A stretch of DNA of 64,000 nucleotides, taken from the NCBI GenBank assembly GCA_018696595.1, contig JABHQW010000001.1:6223-70222 (forward strand), written 5' to 3'. Under the pieces are notes generated by a model that was given only the letters and a program-made list of their open reading frames with translations, did not search any database and was not told the DNA's origin. This document shows, in pieces, positions 60,074 through 64,000 of this stretch. The position numbers and the translations under genes are program-made. The DNA is from Candidatus Woesearchaeota archaeon (lineage in GTDB: Archaea; Nanobdellota; Nanobdellia; Woesearchaeales; GW2011-AR9). Position 1 is the stretch's first letter. Every line of letters begins with the position of its first letter.

Positions 60074-60952
60074 TTAATTTTTAATTGCTTGAAATGCTAG
60101 AATGTCTTCTGTACTTAACTTTTGTCTTTTCTTCATCTTTTCCTTTACTTCATCGGTTCTTTCTCGAGCTTTACTTTTGTAATCACGTTCATCTTCTTCA
60201 TTAAGTGATTTAGCTAATTCTTTAACTCTCTTCTGAATTTCTTCGACTTCTCTACGGGTATTTTCATAACCTACTTTTAATTTCAGATGTTTCTCTACAA
60301 AAGGTTGTTCCTCTTTCTTAAAGGATTTAACTTCTTCAAATAACTTGTTAATTTCTTCATGCTTTCCTTGAGACTGTCCAGCAAATTCTTGAACTTTTTT
60401 ATGAGCCTCTTCTGCTTTCTTTCTACTTTCTGAAAAGTCAGAGGAGGTAGAACTAATTTCTTTCCAAGCATCTCCAAGTGCATCCAGTTTCTTAAGTTGT
60501 GATTTTAACTCTTTGATTTTCTTGTTAAGTTGTTTTTCTGTAGAAAAAGGAATAACTTCAGTTTCAATTTTAGTTTCTAATTGCAAAATCTCTCTTTTGA
60601 TACTAGAAGGATTTCCTTGAATATCTGTTTTAGAAAATAATTCTTGTTTCTTTTTGTCAACTTCTCTTTTTTGACCAGACTTTTCTTTAACAATCTTGTT
60701 AAATTCGTCCCTTTCTTTCTTAAACTTCTTAACTTGTTTTGTTAAACCATCTCGTTCTTTCTTAAAAACTTTGATCTTATCTTGACGATCACGAATTTTA
60801 TCACGTACAGATTTTAATTCACGGTACGCTTTTTCTTTTTCAGAATTTTGAGAATTTAAAGTGGACCTTAATTTAGATAACTCTTTCTTCTTGTCTTGAA
60901 ATTCCTTTCTAAGCTCATTTAAATTTTGTCCTTCTTCGGGCATGATTATCAC
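60074..60952 (-). CDS. Lys/Glu-rich coiled-coil protein
   Basis: 292 aa, heptad periodicity. Confidence 0.35.
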   Translation of the reverse strand: MIIMPEEGQNLNELRKEFQDKKKELSKLRSTLNSQNSEKEKAYRELKSVRDKIRDRQDKIKVFKKERDGLTKQVKKFKKERDEFNKIVKEKSGQKREVDKKKQELFSKTDIQGNPSSIKREILQLETKIETEVIPFSTEKQLNKKIKELKSQLKKLDALGDAWKEISSTSSDFSESRKKAEEAHKKVQEFAGQSQGKHEEINKLFEEVKSFKKEEQPFVEKHLKLKVGYENTRREVEEIQKRVKELAKSLNEEDERDYKSKARERTDEVKEKMKKRQKLSTEDILAFQAIKN

Positions 60953-61005
60953 TTGTCGTTGATTTAATTAAAAAATAAAAAATAAAAAACCGAATAAAAA
61001 TTAAT

Positions 61006-61335
61006 TTATCCGAATAATGCGCCTAAACCTGCAGCTGCTGAATCATCAGCTTTCTTTTCATCTTCTGCGGATTTTTTGTCATCTTTCTTTTCTTCTTTTG
61101 GTGCTTCTTCACTAGCCACAGGAGCGGCAGCAACAGGTGCAGCAACAGAAGCTTTCTTAATTGCTTCTTCAATATCTACTCCCTGTAAGGCAGCAGCTAA
61201 AGCTTTAACTCTTGCTTCATCAACAGTAACACCAGCAGCAGTTAAAACTGCTTTAACAGCGTCCTCTGTAATTTCTTTTCCTGCTTTGTGTAAAAGCATC
61301 GCAGCGTAAACATATTCCATTTTATTTTCCTCCAT
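61006..61335 (-). CDS. rpl12e: 50S ribosomal protein P1 (L12e)
   Basis: Ala-rich hinge and C-terminal EEKKDDKK...GLGALFG. Confidence 0.85.
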   Translation of the reverse strand: MEENKMEYVYAAMLLHKAGKEITEDAVKAVLTAAGVTVDEARVKALAAALQGVDIEEAIKKASVAAPVAAAPVASEEAPKEEKKDDKKSAEDEKKADDSAAAGLGALFG

Positions 61336-61344
61336 TAATAATTA

Positions 61345-62535
61345 TTAATCGTCTTTTCTCAAAGTTCCTTCTTTTTGAAGTTTCTCTAAAAGTTCTTGAG
61401 CTTGATCAGTGGAAACATCTCCTTGTTTTGGATGTAATTCAGATTTTTCTTCTTCCTGTTTAGGTTGATTAATCTCAATCTTTTCATCCGGAATGTTTTC
61501 CATTGCTTTTTTGATTTCTTCTTCAGTTGGCTTTTCCTCAGCTTTAGGTTCCTCTGCAGGTGCAACTTCTTCCTTAGGAGCTTCTTCAACTTTCTCTTCT
61601 TCCTTAGGTTCCTCTACTGGAGCAGGTTCTTCCTTAGGAGTGTCTTCAACTTTCTCTTCTTCTTTAGGTTCTGCTTTAACAGGAGCAACACCAACTTCGA
61701 TTTTACCTTCAGATTTAACAGACAAAGCTTGTGATTCTGCTTTAGCTAAGATTTCATCTTTAGTAACATCATTCATGATGTTCTGTTCTAAAGCAACAGC
61801 TTTTGCTTCTCTGAAAGCTTTCTGTAATAATAAGTCAGTAGTTTCTTTAGTAGGGAATGCTGTTTCCATAGCTAAGTTAGTTGCCCACTGAGCTGCTTGA
61901 ACAAAGTTTTCAAAGTATTCTTGTTCATCGATATGTAATTGCTTAGCAGCAAAGATTGTACCGTTTTCCCAAACAGCAACTAAATCCAGACCAACTTCCA
62001 TTGGTTGAATATCTAATCGCTTCAAGTTCTCAGCTAATTTAGGGGTTATTGGGTCGCCTTCTTTAGCAACAACAACATCGCCAACAATTTCTAATTTTCC
62101 GTCTGTAACTTTGGTTTTAATACCAACAGCACCCAATTCAGAAATAATTGGCCCAGGAGCGAAACTAGTCATTCCAGCCTTAACAACAATATCGTTTGGA
62201 GCAGTTTGTCCAGCTTTTGCAGGAGCTTTAGATTTATTCTTCTGAATCATTCCATATAAAGTAAAAGGATTATCTTTACTAAGGATTAATGCTGGCATAC
62301 CTTTGATTTTATCTTCCAGTTGTGCAACATTATCTAATTTGGATTCTTTTAATGCTAAAGAGATCAGTTTCTTTCTAGTCATAACTATTTTAACACCTTT
62401 TTCTCTCAACATCGCTCGCATATTCTGTAACTGTTGAGCAGGCAAGTTTTCCATATTTACTAGACCAACGATTGGATTAGATTGAATATCTTTAACTAAA
62501 TCCTTAACCAAACTCTTTTTCTTTTCGCTAACCAT
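61345..62535 (-). CDS. rplP0: 50S ribosomal protein P0 (uL10) with extended repetitive acidic tail
   Basis: N-terminal uL10 domain (KKSLVKDLVKDIQSNPIVGLVNMENLPAQQLQNMR); C-terminal KEEEKVE(D/E)xPKEE(P/V)AP(V/A)EEP repeats. Confidence 0.9.
   Translation of the reverse strand: MVSEKKKSLVKDLVKDIQSNPIVGLVNMENLPAQQLQNMRAMLREKGVKIVMTRKKLISLALKESKLDNVAQLEDKIKGMPALILSKDNPFTLYGMIQKNKSKAPAKAGQTAPNDIVVKAGMTSFAPGPIISELGAVGIKTKVTDGKLEIVGDVVVAKEGDPITPKLAENLKRLDIQPMEVGLDLVAVWENGTIFAAKQLHIDEQEYFENFVQAAQWATNLAMETAFPTKETTDLLLQKAFREAKAVALEQNIMNDVTKDEILAKAESQALSVKSEGKIEVGVAPVKAEPKEEEKVEDTPKEEPAPVEEPKEEEKVEEAPKEEVAPAEEPKAEEKPTEEEIKKAMENIPDEKIEINQPKQEEEKSELHPKQGDVSTDQAQELLEKLQKEGTLRKDD
61535..61690. repeat. tandem ~57-nt repeats encoding the P0 tail
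   Basis: cttccttaggagcttcttcaactttctcttcttccttaggttcctc repeated about 2.5 times with minor substitutions. Confidence 0.6.
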
Positions 62536-63176
62536 TATATCTTCACCGCCTTAGTCATTGTAAACTTTAACAGTACGTTTTTGATATTCTGCATTTCGTT
62601 AGGAACTTGTTTCAAAACAGCTTGATATACAGTTAGAATATTATCAATAATTTCTTCTTCCTTCTGATCTTCCTTACCAATAATACATTGTAAATTAGTT
62701 GCTTTCTTAGCTGTTAACTTAACAGACTTGTTTAGTTTTTGTATTAATGGTTCCAAGTTAGCGTTAGGAGGAACTACACATCCCAATTTAGGGTTAGGCA
62801 TCTTTCCTTTTGGACCAAAAGTTCGACCGAAAGCGGCTGCCACTTTTGCCATTAAAGGTGCTTGTGCAATAAAATAATCATAAGTTTCTGCTAACTTTTT
62901 CATTTCCTTTTTATCTTTATACTTAGGAAAATCTTTTTCTTCGATAACTAAATCACAGAATTTTTCAGCTTGTTCTTTCAACATTTGATCCACAAATGCT
63001 GCAACTTTAATTTTCTTACCTTTAGGAAAGTGTAGAGTTGCGAAGAAATCAACTGGATTCTGTTTAGTATCCAGATTCTTTAAGTTGATAATTAAGTCAT
63101 AAGATTGAGAGAAATTTCTTTTCTTACTTTGCTTCTTAAGTTCGGTTATAGCTTTTTTAACTTGATCTTTATCCAT
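62535..63176 (-). CDS. rpl1: 50S ribosomal protein L1 (uL1)
   Basis: 213 aa; FGRTFGPKGKMPNP and the uL1 two-domain pattern. Confidence 0.9.
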   Translation of the reverse strand: MDKDQVKKAITELKKQSKKRNFSQSYDLIINLKNLDTKQNPVDFFATLHFPKGKKIKVAAFVDQMLKEQAEKFCDLVIEEKDFPKYKDKKEMKKLAETYDYFIAQAPLMAKVAAAFGRTFGPKGKMPNPKLGCVVPPNANLEPLIQKLNKSVKLTAKKATNLQCIIGKEDQKEEEIIDNILTVYQAVLKQVPNEMQNIKNVLLKFTMTKAVKI

Positions 63177-63246
63177 TTAATGACCTCCTACTAAACGTAG
63201 TTTTAACGGTAATTACTCTATTTTCAATGGTAGTTTATAAAGTTTA

Positions 63247-63402
63247 CTATTGTTTTGGATTTTTAGTATAATCAACTTGTGAAGATCTTAACTGGGCTGG
63301 ATCTGTATTAAGAATTTCATAACCTTTTGTTATTCCTTCTTCCATCTCTCTAATTGCATCAGCACTAGTATAAACATTCATTGCTTTTAACATTTCATAC
63401 AT
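63247..63402 (-). CDS. small hypothetical protein (51 aa) with strong RBS
   Basis: GGAGG 7 nt before the ATG; MYEMLKAMNVYTSADAIREMEEGITKGYEILNTDPAQLRSSQVDYTKNPKQ; below the 60-aa cutoff of the ORF track. Confidence 0.3.
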   Translation of the reverse strand: MYEMLKAMNVYTSADAIREMEEGITKGYEILNTDPAQLRSSQVDYTKNPKQ

Positions 63403-63465
63403 TTTTATGCCTCCAAAGAAAAAATAGTTTTAAGTGATGATATAAAAGCTTTTTGCAAGAATAAA

Positions 63466-63825
63466 TTATTTCCTAACTACTTTAGGTTTAAACCACTGTT
63501 CTTGGAATTCTGTTAATGCTAAAATTTGTTCATCAGAGTAATCTTTATCTTTAGGAACAACAATTAATTTTGCATCATCGTCATCATCACGAAAGATTAT
63601 AGCTATACATTTACCAGTAAATTTTTCCACTGGTTCAAATATTCCTAAAACATAAGCATCTAAATCATCCCCATCAGGAGCAGTGATCCCTTCAATAAAA
63701 CCATAATTCACAGGATAAATAAAACCACACTTAGGATGTTTACTTCCTAAAGGCCTGTCCATTGTAACTTCTACAATTGTGCCAATAAGTTTTTTGATTT
63801 CCCGATAAGAAATATTTTCACTCAT
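63466..63825 (-). CDS. compact inorganic pyrophosphatase-like protein
   Basis: YPVNYGFIEGITAPDGDDLDAYVL and IIFRDDDDDAKLIVV match the family I PPase core, but only 119 aa. Confidence 0.5.
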   Translation of the reverse strand: MSENISYREIKKLIGTIVEVTMDRPLGSKHPKCGFIYPVNYGFIEGITAPDGDDLDAYVLGIFEPVEKFTGKCIAIIFRDDDDDAKLIVVPKDKDYSDEQILALTEFQEQWFKPKVVRK

Positions 63826-64000
63826 CTTCTTTCTTGTCTTTTCCTTCTTTCATTTCTTTAACAGTCTTCTTAAATGCTTCAACTTGTTTCTCAGAAAGAT
63901 TCTCGAATCGAATATAAGCTTGTTTAATATTTCTCAAGAAAGCATTCTCTTCATAGAATTTCTTGGGAATGTCAAAGAATTTCTTCATCTTTGGATCTTT
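63822..64000 (-). CDS. hypothetical protein, 3' end only (gene starts beyond the window)
   Basis: Open minus-strand frame to the window edge; stop TGA overlaps the ATG of the downstream gene. Confidence 0.3.

Noticed and set aside
1-64000. CRISPR arrays, cas genes, rRNA genes
   Set aside because: No regularly spaced direct repeats and no rRNA-like conserved blocks were seen. The only tandem repeat is the coding repeat inside P0.

Overview
The window reads as a low-GC archaeal chromosome segment, probably a DPANN-type archaeon (roughly 30% GC). Archaeal hallmarks are EF-2, EF-1alpha, aIF2-gamma, L7Ae, S28e, L24e, S17e, P0, P1, L1, proteasome beta, aCPSF1, TrmB and Lrp. It also carries bacterial-type adenylate kinase and MetK. 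Core genes sit in recognisable clusters: the str cluster (EF-2, EF-1alpha, S10) and L7Ae-S28e-L24e-CutA-Ndk-Adk. The same core-gene set includes glmS, argS, pgk, the P0-P1-L1 ribosomal cluster, Dus and a UbiB-family kinase. Interspersed are poorly characterised accessory blocks. One is a three-gene cassette (968-3156) in which every gene has the same GGGGGTGA(A)7-ATG leader. One is a long minus-strand operon (12417-16403) with a repeated AAACTCGCTARAGG spacer motif; it encodes a secreted serine protease, a Zn-ribbon protein, a metallophosphoesterase, an Hjc-like nuclease and an AAA ATPase. One is a block of small unknown genes downstream of a tRNA-Thr that carries two introns. A Fic-domain protein gene follows aCPSF1 downstream of the second RNA locus described below. 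The most striking feature is a pair of paralogous structured-RNA loci (19209-19439 minus strand and 25459-25610 plus strand). Each has its own TATA box and oligo-T, different but internally complementary terminal helices, and a shared conserved 3' hairpin module of about 70 nt. They sit in inverted orientation around a 6.3 kb segment and I cannot assign them to a known RNA family. A GC-rich K-turn-like leader upstream of L7Ae has a second copy at 18685-18730. No rRNA, CRISPR array or recognisable transposase/integrase was found.
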